Source: an uncultured Acidobacteriota bacterium (lineage in GTDB: Bacteria > Acidobacteriota > Terriglobia > Terriglobales > Acidobacteriaceae). From it: 64,000 bases of DNA. The translations under genes were made by a program, and so were the position numbers. The notes beneath the pieces are model-generated. The model did no database searches and was not told where the DNA came from. It was given only the letters and a program-made list of their open reading frames with translations. The DNA is taken from assembly GCA_963761465.1 (NCBI GenBank), contig CAVXGX010000001.1, positions 868,083-932,082 on the forward strand. Reading direction: 5' to 3'. Positions 1 to 9,102 of the stretch are shown piece after piece (position 1 is the first letter of the stretch; each line of letters opens with the position of its first letter).

Positions 1-92
1 TCGAAGGCAAGCCTCCCGAATTCTTCAGCGACTGGCGCTTCCTCTTCGTCGGCGTCCGCTGGTGGTGGGCCAAAATCAACGGCAAAGCCTGA
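1..92 (+). CDS. 3' end of an unidentified CDS (5' part lies outside the window)
   Basis: Frame is open from the window edge (codons from nt 3): ...EGKPPEFFSDWRFLFVGVRWWWAKINGKA, with TGA at 90-92. No product can be assigned. Confidence 0.35.
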   Translation, partial: EGKPPEFFSDWRFLFVGVRWWWAKINGKA

Positions 93-182
93 CCACCAGC
101 AATCCACTCTCACCCCATCCCCGTATCTAAACTGACAGGGGCCCCATTCCAGGCGTCCTTCGGCTTGCGTGGGATGTACCGG

Positions 183-225
183 GTGCCCTATTTCTCGCGC
201 GTTCTTTGCGCGAGAAACAGGGGGA
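183..225 (+). repeat. Type-A hairpin repeat (degenerate copy)
   Basis: gtgccctatttctcgcgcgttctttgcgcgagaaacagggg. Inverted arms ttctcgcgc/gcgcgagaa. Related to the copies at 8531, 13084, 16637, 23231 and 60208. Confidence 0.6.
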
Positions 226-315
226 GTCGGCGCCGGCTGCTGCCTTTGGCTTGCGTCGCTTCGAGTTTATGTTCTATGCTGGCCCAATCTTAGTGTTCGG
301 ATTCGCCTGATAACC

Positions 316-687
316 ATGCAGCGCCTGACCGCCAGATTCCTGTTGTTGTTCGCGTTGCTCGGCACCTTCGCGCCGCTGGCTCTGACTGCCACCTCTACCC
401 CCGCGCACTCCTGCTGCCGGCGCAAGTCCGCTCATCAGTGTCATCAGCCCGCCAGCGTGGCAGCCACCGACTCTGATCAGCGCTCCATCCATGGCGCCGG
501 ATGCTGCACCCACGACTGCTGCCGCGCCGTAACCACATCTCATTGGGCCGACCCGCAGCCGTCGGTTGCGCCATACTTCGCACCGAACATCGAAAGTTCC
601 ATCGCCGTAACGGACTCCACAAATCCCGCCTCGGAATCTTTCGCCTCACAATCCACCCGCGCTCCTCCGCAAATCTCCCTAGGCTGA
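316..687 (+). CDS. Small secreted Cys/His-rich protein (hypothetical)
   Basis: The internal ATG at 316 gives the signal-peptide-like N-terminus MQRLTARFLLLFALLGTFAPLALTA. The mature part has paired cysteines (SCC, QCH, GCC, DCC). It lies immediately upstream of a TonB-dependent receptor. The track's upstream extension covers the type-A repeat. Confidence 0.5.
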   Translation: MQRLTARFLLLFALLGTFAPLALTATSTPAHSCCRRKSAHQCHQPASVAATDSDQRSIHGAGCCTHDCCRAVTTSHWADPQPSVAPYFAPNIESSIAVTDSTNPASESFASQSTRAPPQISLG

Positions 688-807
688 ATAACCTCGCGAA
701 GAACTTCGCGACTTAATTGCCTCATGTGGGGACAGCCGCCCTCGGCTGTCCGCCGGGCAGAGCCTGGCTCTCGCGACCACACCCAAGGAATTCATCGGAG
801 ATCACTT

Positions 808-3120
808 ATGCGCGTCATTCGCATTTCACTCTTATTACTGTTCCTTTTCTCGTCTCTCGCCGCCTTCGCCAACATCTATGGCGCAATCCGCGGCATCGTT
901 CACGATCCCCAGCACCGCCCCGTGCAGGGAGCCATGGTCATGCTCAAAGCCAAAGCGTCCGACTGGGCAAAGTCCGTCATCACCGACGCCAACGGCGAAT
1001 TTCAGTTGAACGGCGTCCCTCTCGGCGACTACTCCATCAGCGTCGCCAGCCCCGGCTTCGCCCAAACCGAGCAGGATGTCACCGTAATCTCCGGGACCGT
1101 CCCCGTGGTTCACTTCCAATTGCAAATCGCAGCCGCGAATACGAATGTCACCGTTTCCGCCGCTTCCGAAGTCGTCGCCACCGACTCGGCCACTCCAGTC
1201 ACACTGATCGATCAGCTCGACATTGCGCGCACTCCCGGCGCCGACCGTTCCAACAGCCTGGCCATGATCACCGATTTCGTTCCCGGCTCCTACGTCACTC
1301 ACGACATGCTGCACATTCGCGGCGGACACCAGACCACCTGGCTGCTCGACGGCATCCCCGTCATCAATACCGCCATCGCGCAAAACGTCGGCCCCCAGTT
1401 CGATCCCAAGGATATGGAATATGTTGAAGCCGATCGCGGAAGCTACGGCGCCGAGTTCGGCGACCGCACCTACGGCGTTTTCAACGTAGTTCCCCGCACC
1501 GGCTTCGAACGGAACAATCAAGCCGAAGTCGTGCTCAGCGCCGGCAACTTTTATCAGTCCAACGACGCCCTCAGCTTCGGCAGCCATACTGAACGCTTCG
1601 CCTACTACGCCAGCGTCAATGCCAACCGCACCAACCTCGGCCTCCAGACGCCCGTCCCGCAAGTGGTTCACGATGCCGACAACGGCGTCGGCGGTTTCGG
1701 CTCCTTCATTTTCAATGCCTCACCCTCCAACCAGCTTCGCCTCATGACTTCGCTTCGCCGCGACTATTTCCAGGTTCCCTACGATCCCAATCCCAATGAC
1801 ATCGAGAACGGATCCATCGCGGCCAATGGCTACAGCCCGCAATATCCCAGCATCGGTCTGCGCGATGGCGAACACGAAACCGACGCCGGCGTAATGTTCA
1901 CCTGGGTCCACACTTTCAATTCGCATCTCCTCGCCACCGTTTCGCCGTTCTACCACTACAACCGCGGCGACTACACCAGCTCGCCCTTCGACACCCCCGT
2001 CGCCACTACCGAGGACCGCGGTTCCACCTACGTCGGCGGTCAGGCCAGCTTCGCTGCCAACTACAAAAAGAACGACCTGCAGGTCGGCTTCCTCAGCTTC
2101 TATCAAAGCGACAACCAACTCTTCGGCGCCATCTTCAACGACGGCAGCGGCAACACGCCCTTCACCGACAGCGAAAGCCCCACCGCAAATCTCGAGGCTT
2201 TCTACATCGACGACAAATTCAAACCGTTTCCCTGGCTGACCCTTTCCGCTGGCATGCGTCCCACCCGTTTCGCCGAAGGCAACATTCCCGTTACTGCCGC
2301 CGCGCCCCCAGTCGACGAATCCGCCATCCAGCCCCGTTTCGGCGCAACTTTCACCGTTCCCAAACTCAATTGGACTTTCCGCGCTTTTTACGGACACTAC
2401 TACCAGGCCCCGCCCATCGAAACCGTTTCCGGCCCCGCGCTCATCGATTACACCGGCCAGCAAGGCCTGGGATTCGCCACACTCCACGGCGAGCGCGATG
2501 AAGAACATCAATTCGGTGCAACCATCCCCTACCATGGATGGGTTCTCGACGGCGACACTTTCAAAACCAACGTCCAGAATTTTCTCGACCACAACAACAT
2601 CGGCGCGTCCAGCATCTTTTTCCCGCTCACCGTCTCGCAAGCAGTGATCCGCGGCTGGGAACTCACGCTGCGTTCGCCGCGCTTCGCCCATCGCGGGCAG
2701 TTCCATCTCGCCTACTCCAATCAAATCGCCGAAGGCAGCGGCACCATCACCGGCGGCCTCACCGATTTCACTTTGTCTCCCGGACTCACTCCCCTCGACC
2801 ACGACCAGCGCAACACTCTGAACGTAGGCGGCGACGTGTCCCTCCCCTGGCGCGCCTACGCCTCCACCAACGTCTATTACGGCTCAGGATTCAGCAACGG
2901 ATTCCCCGGCCAGCCTTATCCCGGCGACTACCTGCCCCAGCACACCACCTTCGACCTCTCGCTGGGAAAAGATTTCGGCGAGCGCATCACCGCATCGCTC
3001 ACCGCCCTCAACGTCGCCAACCGCCGCGTCGAGTACGACAACAGCCTCACCTTCGGCGGTTTCCACTGGAATAACCCGCGCGAGGTCTATGTCGAACTTC
3101 GCTACCGCTTCCACTATTGA
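808..3120 (+). CDS. TonB-dependent outer-membrane receptor with N-terminal carboxypeptidase-regulatory-like domain
   Basis: ATG at 808 with GGAG 8 nt upstream. Signal peptide MRVIRISLLLLFLFSSLAAFA. CarbopepD_reg-like stretch (IRGIVHDPQHRPVQGAMV...DANGEFQLNGVPLGDYSI). Long beta-barrel-type sequence ending in the aromatic ...LRYRFHY. Confidence 0.88.
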   Translation: MRVIRISLLLLFLFSSLAAFANIYGAIRGIVHDPQHRPVQGAMVMLKAKASDWAKSVITDANGEFQLNGVPLGDYSISVASPGFAQTEQDVTVISGTVPVVHFQLQIAAANTNVTVSAASEVVATDSATPVTLIDQLDIARTPGADRSNSLAMITDFVPGSYVTHDMLHIRGGHQTTWLLDGIPVINTAIAQNVGPQFDPKDMEYVEADRGSYGAEFGDRTYGVFNVVPRTGFERNNQAEVVLSAGNFYQSNDALSFGSHTERFAYYASVNANRTNLGLQTPVPQVVHDADNGVGGFGSFIFNASPSNQLRLMTSLRRDYFQVPYDPNPNDIENGSIAANGYSPQYPSIGLRDGEHETDAGVMFTWVHTFNSHLLATVSPFYHYNRGDYTSSPFDTPVATTEDRGSTYVGGQASFAANYKKNDLQVGFLSFYQSDNQLFGAIFNDGSGNTPFTDSESPTANLEAFYIDDKFKPFPWLTLSAGMRPTRFAEGNIPVTAAAPPVDESAIQPRFGATFTVPKLNWTFRAFYGHYYQAPPIETVSGPALIDYTGQQGLGFATLHGERDEEHQFGATIPYHGWVLDGDTFKTNVQNFLDHNNIGASSIFFPLTVSQAVIRGWELTLRSPRFAHRGQFHLAYSNQIAEGSGTITGGLTDFTLSPGLTPLDHDQRNTLNVGGDVSLPWRAYASTNVYYGSGFSNGFPGQPYPGDYLPQHTTFDLSLGKDFGERITASLTALNVANRRVEYDNSLTFGGFHWNNPREVYVELRYRFHY

Positions 3121-3330
3121 GAATTGTGCAGCGCAAACTGAACTACGTAGAAACGAACGCATTGGTCCGTCCCGCCAGCGCGCAGCGTGGCGGCCCCATA
3201 GGTGAGTGTGCGTTGTGGCTCGCGGAGGAGCAGTCGTGCAGAACCCGTGCGTGCGGCACTGTGGAAGAGCGGCGCGCCAGCGCCCCGTAAAGCAAACGAA
3301 AATTAACCGGGCTTTAAGCCCTGCCGATCC

Positions 3331-4173
3331 TCACCGCCCCAACCTTTCTCGCAACATCTCCTCCACATCCCCCATCTTCTCCCCCATCACATTCAACTTG
3401 CGCGCCAGCCCCAGAATCTCCGCTTCAGCCCGCCGGTTCACGTCGTAATCCAATTCGCCGCGCAGCCGGTCCTTCGTGTCCTGCCGGTTCTGGCTCATCA
3501 TGATCACCGGAGCCTGCACCGCCGCCAGCATCGACAAAAACAGATTCAGCAAAATATAAGGATACGGATCCCACGCCTTCCGCCCCAGCGCCGCATCCAC
3601 CGTCATATAAATCGCCAGCGCAACACCGAACGTGATAATGAAAGTCCACGATCCGCCAAAGCCCGCAACCATATCGGCAATGCGCTCGCCAAACGTCGCA
3701 TCCTTCTCAATCACTTCATTGGGATGCCGGTTCGCCCGCACCCGCACCAGTTGCTGCGAAGCATGAAACTGCCGCCCCAGCACCCTCAGCATATCCATCC
3801 CCGCCAGCGGCTTGCGCTGCAGCAGCACCGCAATGTCTTTCCGATCCACCTCGATGCACACCGCTTCATCAATCGCAACCGCCTCCGTCTGATGCGGTGT
3901 CTGCTCCAGCATGGAAGCGAACCCGAAAAATTCTCCGTGCGACGGCTCGTCAATCACCACTTCCTGGTGATCCTGATCGACGGTTGTGACCCGCACCCGT
4001 CCGGACACGACCACATAAGCCTGCCCGCTAACGTCGCCGATTTTATAAATCCGCTGCCGCGCCGCAAACGTCTTCAGCCGCACCTGCGCCGCCAGCACGC
4101 CGCTTTCCTCCTCATCCAGCAGCGCAAACAGTGGAACGTGTTTCAAAACTTCAGGATTGCATGCCATGACCAA
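3331..4173 (-). CDS. Cyclic-nucleotide-binding domain protein fused to a DUF1003-type membrane domain
   Basis: N-terminal cNMP-binding-like sequence (LFALLDEEE...GDVSGQAYVVVSGRVRV...GEFFGFASML). C-terminal two-TM segment GSWTFIITFGVALAIY...LLNLFLSMLAAVQAPVIMMSQNRQ, typical of DUF1003. Confidence 0.8.
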   Translation of the reverse strand: MVMACNPEVLKHVPLFALLDEEESGVLAAQVRLKTFAARQRIYKIGDVSGQAYVVVSGRVRVTTVDQDHQEVVIDEPSHGEFFGFASMLEQTPHQTEAVAIDEAVCIEVDRKDIAVLLQRKPLAGMDMLRVLGRQFHASQQLVRVRANRHPNEVIEKDATFGERIADMVAGFGGSWTFIITFGVALAIYMTVDAALGRKAWDPYPYILLNLFLSMLAAVQAPVIMMSQNRQDTKDRLRGELDYDVNRRAEAEILGLARKLNVMGEKMGDVEEMLRERLGR

Positions 4174-4419
4174 ACCCTCGCGAGTGAAATCTCTCTAGCC
4201 GGAAAGCCCTAACCGCGCAGACGCAAAAACGGCGGCCTGAAATCGCAGAAGAAATAATTCCAAGGTTTTCTCCGCGTCCTCTGCGGATTTTCTCCGATTA
4301 AAAGCTTTCCCCAGCACCGCCTCAGAGCATGTCACAAAACCGCCGCAGTCAACAATACGCGCCGCCTGGCACCACCACCCGCCCCCGAGTTACAGTGAGT
4401 GAGTTAGAGTGAATACAAC

Positions 4420-5334
4420 GTGATCAAACAAAACCCCGGTATTGTCTCCATCGCCCTCGTCCTTATCGTCGCCTCCATGCTCCTTCTTTCTTCGTGTCAG
4501 CCCCCAAATGCCGCCACCGCGAAACGCTATCCCTTCACCGGCCGCGTCATTTCCGTCGACTCTCAAGCCCAATCCGCCCTCATCGACGGCGACGCCATCC
4601 CCGGCTTCATGGACCCCATGGCCATGCCCTACAAAATCAAACCCGAGGCATCGCTGAATCACTTGCAGCCCGGTGACTCCGTCTCCGCCGAAGTCGTCGT
4701 CCAGGCCGCGGCACCCAAGAACGAAAACGCAGCACCCGACTACTGGCTGGAGAATGTGAAAGTCACCGCCCACACCAACCCCGCTCCAGCGGCCGCCGGC
4801 AGCGCGCTCCACACACCCGCGCGCGGCGAAGAAGTCCCCGATTTTTCCTTCACCGATCAAAGCGGCAAGCGAATCTCCCTGAAGCAATATCGCGGAAAAG
4901 TTCTGCTCCTCACCTTCATCTACACCCGCTGCCCCTTCCCCGATTTCTGCCCACGCCTCAGTAGCAACTTCGCCGAAATCTACAAACAGCTCGGAACGAA
5001 TCCTGCGCTCGCCAATACCCGACTCTTGAGCATTACCTTTGACCCCGAGCACGACACCCCCAAAGTTCTCCGCGACTACGCCTTCTCCGTCGCGCACGCG
5101 CACTCGCCAGCTCTCTTCACTCGCTGGCAATTCGCCGCCCCCGCCGCCGCCGACCTTCCCAGGCTCGCCGACTTTTTCGCCCTCACCATCAAACCCGAAG
5201 GCGGACTCATCACCCATAACCTCAGCACCGCCGTCATCGGCCCCGACGGCAAAATCGTGAACTGGTATCACGGCAGCGATTGGCAAGTTTCTGATTTAAT
5301 AAAGGACTCAGCCACAATCGCAGCGCAGAAATAA
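4420..5334 (+). CDS. SCO1/SenC-family copper chaperone (thioredoxin fold) with N-terminal CusF-like metal-binding domain; lipoprotein
   Basis: Lipobox LLLSSC. N-terminal domain GRVISVD...AIPGFMDPMAMPYKI. SCO-type CxxxC motif TRCPFPDFCP. GTG start at 4420. Confidence 0.82.
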   Translation: MIKQNPGIVSIALVLIVASMLLLSSCQPPNAATAKRYPFTGRVISVDSQAQSALIDGDAIPGFMDPMAMPYKIKPEASLNHLQPGDSVSAEVVVQAAAPKNENAAPDYWLENVKVTAHTNPAPAAAGSALHTPARGEEVPDFSFTDQSGKRISLKQYRGKVLLLTFIYTRCPFPDFCPRLSSNFAEIYKQLGTNPALANTRLLSITFDPEHDTPKVLRDYAFSVAHAHSPALFTRWQFAAPAAADLPRLADFFALTIKPEGGLITHNLSTAVIGPDGKIVNWYHGSDWQVSDLIKDSATIAAQK

Positions 5335-5543
5335 CCAGCCGCGATGCAGAACTCGAGCAGTCTGAAGGAGGATTTCGAGTTTGGGCACGCGGCTAAAAGA
5401 ATTCGAGTTGGGCACGAACGGGAAGGGCACGACTTCAATCGTGCCGTAAAGCTTTCAAAGAATATCCGCGCTTTAGCGCCTGAGGTTCGCTCGACCCCGA
5501 AACCAAATCTGCTCACATCCGTCCAACGCAAACGAGGAAATCA

Positions 5544-5957
5544 ATGAAATTCCTGCTCTTAATCCTGGCCACGCTCGGCATCATCGCCTCATCTCTCGCG
5601 CTCCGCGAGCACTACCGCACCTACGGCGATTCTCCCTGCAGCATCAACGATCACTGGGACTGCGGCGTGGTCAATCACAGCCCCTACGCCGTGCGCTTCG
5701 GAATTCCCGTCGCCATGTTCGGCATCGCCGGCTACCTGCTGATGGCCACCTTGGCATTCCTGCGCTCCTACCGCCTCTTGCTAATCCCCACCTTCGCCGG
5801 ACTCGCCTTCTCCCTCTACCTCGCCAACATCGAAGCCAACGTCCTCGGCGTATGGTGCATCTACTGCGTGATTTCCCTCGGCATCATTTCCCTAATGTCG
5901 CTTCTCACTCTCGGCACGGTCGTCTCCCAATTCGTCCGCAAGCCATCCCCCGCGTAG
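5544..5957 (+). CDS. Vitamin K epoxide reductase (VKOR) family protein
   Basis: Four-TM protein with loop cysteines (SPCSINDHWDCG) and the active-site CxxC in TM4 (WCIYCV). Confidence 0.82.
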   Translation: MKFLLLILATLGIIASSLALREHYRTYGDSPCSINDHWDCGVVNHSPYAVRFGIPVAMFGIAGYLLMATLAFLRSYRLLLIPTFAGLAFSLYLANIEANVLGVWCIYCVISLGIISLMSLLTLGTVVSQFVRKPSPA

Positions 5958-6210
5958 CGCTTTGCGACATTTTGGATTTCGGGTAGCGCGGCGCTTTCAG
6001 CGCTGCGATGAGGCTTCTATCTTAGGTCGGGGGTTTTAGCCCCCGAGCGTCGGAGAAACCCGCGCAGCAAAAAAGGCAAGCGGGCGGACCGCCACAGCTG
6101 AGGGGGCGATCCCCAGCTTGGTGTCCACCCATTCTTGCCCACTCATATTTAAAGCGCGATCCGCAGCCCGCGCTATCGGTGCATTCCTATCTTTCGAATC
6201 AGGGGAACTC

Positions 6211-7266
6211 TCATGACGAAGATAAGTGACGTCTAATTTTTTTTCGCGCGCCCAGCCGACGATTAATATCCGTCGAAAATTCGATAAATATATTCAGCAG
6301 CGACCCATACCCCGCCTGCCCCAGCACTGCCCGCCCACCTTCCGCGAACGCGTTCCGCGGATGCGGTTTCCACGCCGTCGAAATCATTCCGCCCCCAAAC
6401 GATCCCCCATACAATCCCCACTGCGGCCGCAAGTTCTGCTCACTTCGATCATAAGTAAGAAAGTTACGCAGAATCGCATGCCGCGTCCGCGGCCAGAATC
6501 CCTGGCAGCGGCATTGGTCGTACCGCGGCTCATAGCGCAGTGCCGCATTCCCCAGCGCCGCCAGGCTATTCGCCGAAATGAATTGCCCCTCCCGCGACGC
6601 GAACCGCTCCCCATATCCGCCCCACCCGTCGTCCCACTGCTCCGGCCAACCGCGCGCCTGGTCGATTCCGGCCGCGAACATCCGCTTCAAATAAGCTCCC
6701 GGCGTCGTCAACGTCTGCTGCAAATAAATCTGCTCGCGCTGGTGCACCGTCATTGGCACCAGCGGCCGCCCTTTCTCCACATACACGCCGGTCAGCCAAC
6801 CGCTCTCCCAATCGCGCGCCTTGTCCAGCGCCTCCGTTCCAAGTTTCTTGGTAGCCTCCGCCGTGGCCTCGGCCGCCTGCACCGTCGCATCTTTCACAGC
6901 TTCAGCCGGATTCGCGCCCTCATCTTTCTTCTCCTCATCCTTCTTTTCCTCAGCAGGCTTTTCGTCCGTGGAAGTCGGGTGCGGCGAGGATTGATCCTGC
7001 GGCTGACCAGGCTGGGAGCTGCTCTGCGAATCAGGCTGCGAATTGCTTTGAGATTTTGGCTCAGAATTACTCTGCGGTGTCGGTTGCGAATCACTCGAAT
7101 TAGGTCGCGAACCGGATTGCGAATTAGGTTGCGCGCTGGATTGCGAACTCGGTTCACTCTGCGCCCACGCACTCCCGCACGCAATCGCCAGAAAGCCAAT
7201 CACCACACTCGCGCACAACAGGGCGATCGAACAGAATCCTCCCCTCCCGCAGTCTTCTGTCCTCAA
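6211..7266 (-). CDS. Secreted hypothetical protein with Ser/Gln/Pro-rich low-complexity N-terminal region
   Basis: Signal/lipobox-like N-terminus (LLCASVVIGFLAIACGSAWA), then SQSSAQPNSQSGSRPNSSDSQPTPQSNSEPKSQSNSQPDSQSSSQP and a KDEEKK stretch, then a globular C-terminal half. Confidence 0.68.
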   Translation of the reverse strand: MRTEDCGRGGFCSIALLCASVVIGFLAIACGSAWAQSEPSSQSSAQPNSQSGSRPNSSDSQPTPQSNSEPKSQSNSQPDSQSSSQPGQPQDQSSPHPTSTDEKPAEEKKDEEKKDEGANPAEAVKDATVQAAEATAEATKKLGTEALDKARDWESGWLTGVYVEKGRPLVPMTVHQREQIYLQQTLTTPGAYLKRMFAAGIDQARGWPEQWDDGWGGYGERFASREGQFISANSLAALGNAALRYEPRYDQCRCQGFWPRTRHAILRNFLTYDRSEQNLRPQWGLYGGSFGGGMISTAWKPHPRNAFAEGGRAVLGQAGYGSLLNIFIEFSTDINRRLGARKKIRRHLSSS

Positions 7267-7513
7267 GCCCTCACCCCATGCGCATGCTTCGCAACGCTGC
7301 CAACATCATTCTGAGATCACCGCCAGCAGTGCAGTTTGTCCCGCGATTCTGTCATCTTGAGCGTAGCCGTTCTTCAGGCGTAGCGAAGAGCCTGCCCTCA
7401 GCGAAGTCGAAGGGACCTCCCGCTGAACCGGCCCAGCGCGCAAGCCAAACGTCACCACTACCAACTCAGTCAAAATTTTGCCCGCATCCGCGCGACCCGC
7501 TAGACTCCTTTCG

Positions 7514-8158
7514 ATGCCGTCCCTGTACAACCGTGTTGCCGGACAAAGTGTCGAGCGCCTCGCCGCCCTCAGCGACGGTATCTTCGCCGTCTCCATGACT
7601 CTGCTCGTCCTCGATCTTCGCGTCCCCGCCGCCGAAGCCTTCCATTCCGAAAAAGCCCTCTGGCACGCCCTCGTCGTGCTCTCCCCGCGCCTGATCATCT
7701 ACGCCATGAGCGTCATGACCAACGGCATCTTCTGGGTCGGCCAGCAGACTCAACTCAACCACTTCGCCCGCGCCGACCGCAACCTCGCCTGGATCCACAT
7801 CGCCTTCCTCAGCGCCATCACGCTCACCCCGTTCACCACCTCGCTGCTCGCCGAGTTCATCCACTACCGCGTCGCGCTGCTGGTCTACTGGTTCAACATC
7901 TTCCTGCTGGGCGCAACCCTCTACTGGAGTTGGAGCTACGCCACCCGCGCCCACCTGGTCTCCGACGACGCTCCTCCCAACATCAACTCCGCCGTCGTCC
8001 GCCGCATCGTAATCGCCCAATCCCTCTACGCCGCCGGCGCCGCCCTCTGCTTTCTCAACACTTACTACAGCATCGCCGCCATCGTCCTGGTACAAATCAA
8101 CTACGCCATCGCTCCAAGATTCTGCTGGGGATTATTTTCGAACAAATCGGAAGAATGA
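7514..8158 (+). CDS. TMEM175/DUF1211-family putative K+ channel
   Basis: Signature RLAALSDGIFAVSMTLLVLDL at the start of TM1, six-TM pattern. I prefer the internal ATG at 7514 because the sequence upstream is repeat-derived. Confidence 0.78.
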   Translation: MPSLYNRVAGQSVERLAALSDGIFAVSMTLLVLDLRVPAAEAFHSEKALWHALVVLSPRLIIYAMSVMTNGIFWVGQQTQLNHFARADRNLAWIHIAFLSAITLTPFTTSLLAEFIHYRVALLVYWFNIFLLGATLYWSWSYATRAHLVSDDAPPNINSAVVRRIVIAQSLYAAGAALCFLNTYYSIAAIVLVQINYAIAPRFCWGLFSNKSEE

Positions 8159-8297
8159 GTCGGGAAGAATAAGTAACGTGGAAGAGCGGCCCTTCAGGGC
8201 CGCGTCGAGCCAGCGGAAATTGAGGGGCTTTAGCCCCGGTTGAAAAATGAAGCTCTATCCGTGCAAATCCGTGTAGATCCGTGGCAAAGAATTTTCC

Positions 8298-9020
8298 CTA
8301 CCCTCTCTCAAACGCGTGCTTCTTCTCCAACTCCTTCACTGACTCCGCCCGCGCACTCTCAAATCGCTCGGCCTGACTCATCAAAGCCGGAGTCGCCTCA
8401 GCCCACTCGCCATCCATCCGCAGCAAACCCTGAGCCGCCAGCTTTCCCGCAATCTCCACCAAATGTTCCGGCGTACTCTGCAAATACTGCGCCTCCGTCG
8501 GATCGCCAATCCAAGCCCGAACTGAATCCGGTGCCCCATCCTTCTCGCGTTCTGTGCGAAGGGGTGGGGATTTTGACTCCCCCAGCTTTGTCTCCCAATA
8601 AACTTTCCGCTCCAAGAACTCCGCTATCGCCTCATCGCTCGCCTTGCCAAACACCCACTGCCCCCGCTTGAAGTCATAATGCCGGCTGGAAAACGGCACC
8701 GGCAACAATTTCCCCGATTTCACAAACTCAATCTGCCGCTTGTCCACTTCCTTGCGCAGCGCATTAATCACCGGAGCCTCCACATCTTTCGGCTCCAGCG
8801 ACGCCAACACCTCCCGCACCGTCTGCGAAAGATTCACCGCCACCGGCGCATGCAGCCCGTCCGCACCCTCCAGCCGAATATCCCCATGCAGCACAAAAAA
8901 GTCCGCTCCCGAAGTCGACGGATGAAACGGCCACTCCAGCCCAATCGTGAGCGGCAGCCCCTTTAGCGTGACCCAGATTTTTCTGCTGCCCGTCGCACCG
9001 CCATCGTGCCTCTCAGTCAT
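8298..9020 (-). CDS. Hypothetical protein (carries an in-frame type-A repeat)
   Basis: Start placed at MTERHDGG (9020) to avoid overlapping the upstream kinase gene. Coding-like composition. Residues ...SKSPPLRTEREKDGAP... are encoded by repeat 8531-8577. Confidence 0.55.
   Translation of the reverse strand: MTERHDGGATGSRKIWVTLKGLPLTIGLEWPFHPSTSGADFFVLHGDIRLEGADGLHAPVAVNLSQTVREVLASLEPKDVEAPVINALRKEVDKRQIEFVKSGKLLPVPFSSRHYDFKRGQWVFGKASDEAIAEFLERKVYWETKLGESKSPPLRTEREKDGAPDSVRAWIGDPTEAQYLQSTPEHLVEIAGKLAAQGLLRMDGEWAEATPALMSQAERFESARAESVKELEKKHAFERG
8531..8577 (+). repeat. Type-A hairpin repeat inside a CDS
   Basis: gtgccccatccttctcgcgttctgtgcgaaggggtggggattttgac. Near-identical to 13084-13130. 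Confidence 0.8.
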
Positions 9021-9102
9021 ATTCGAAAATCTCCCGATGTATTCTGTGATCCTCTGTGTCCCCTGTGGTAAAAGCCTTTTCTGGAAATCCGAAACCGAAC
9101 CG

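Noticed and set aside
5344-5547. 67-aa ORF between the SCO gene and the VKOR gene
   Set aside because: Its sequence is made of hairpin-repeat DNA (EFGHAAKRIRVGHEREGHDFNRAV). The real VKOR start at 5544 overlaps its end.
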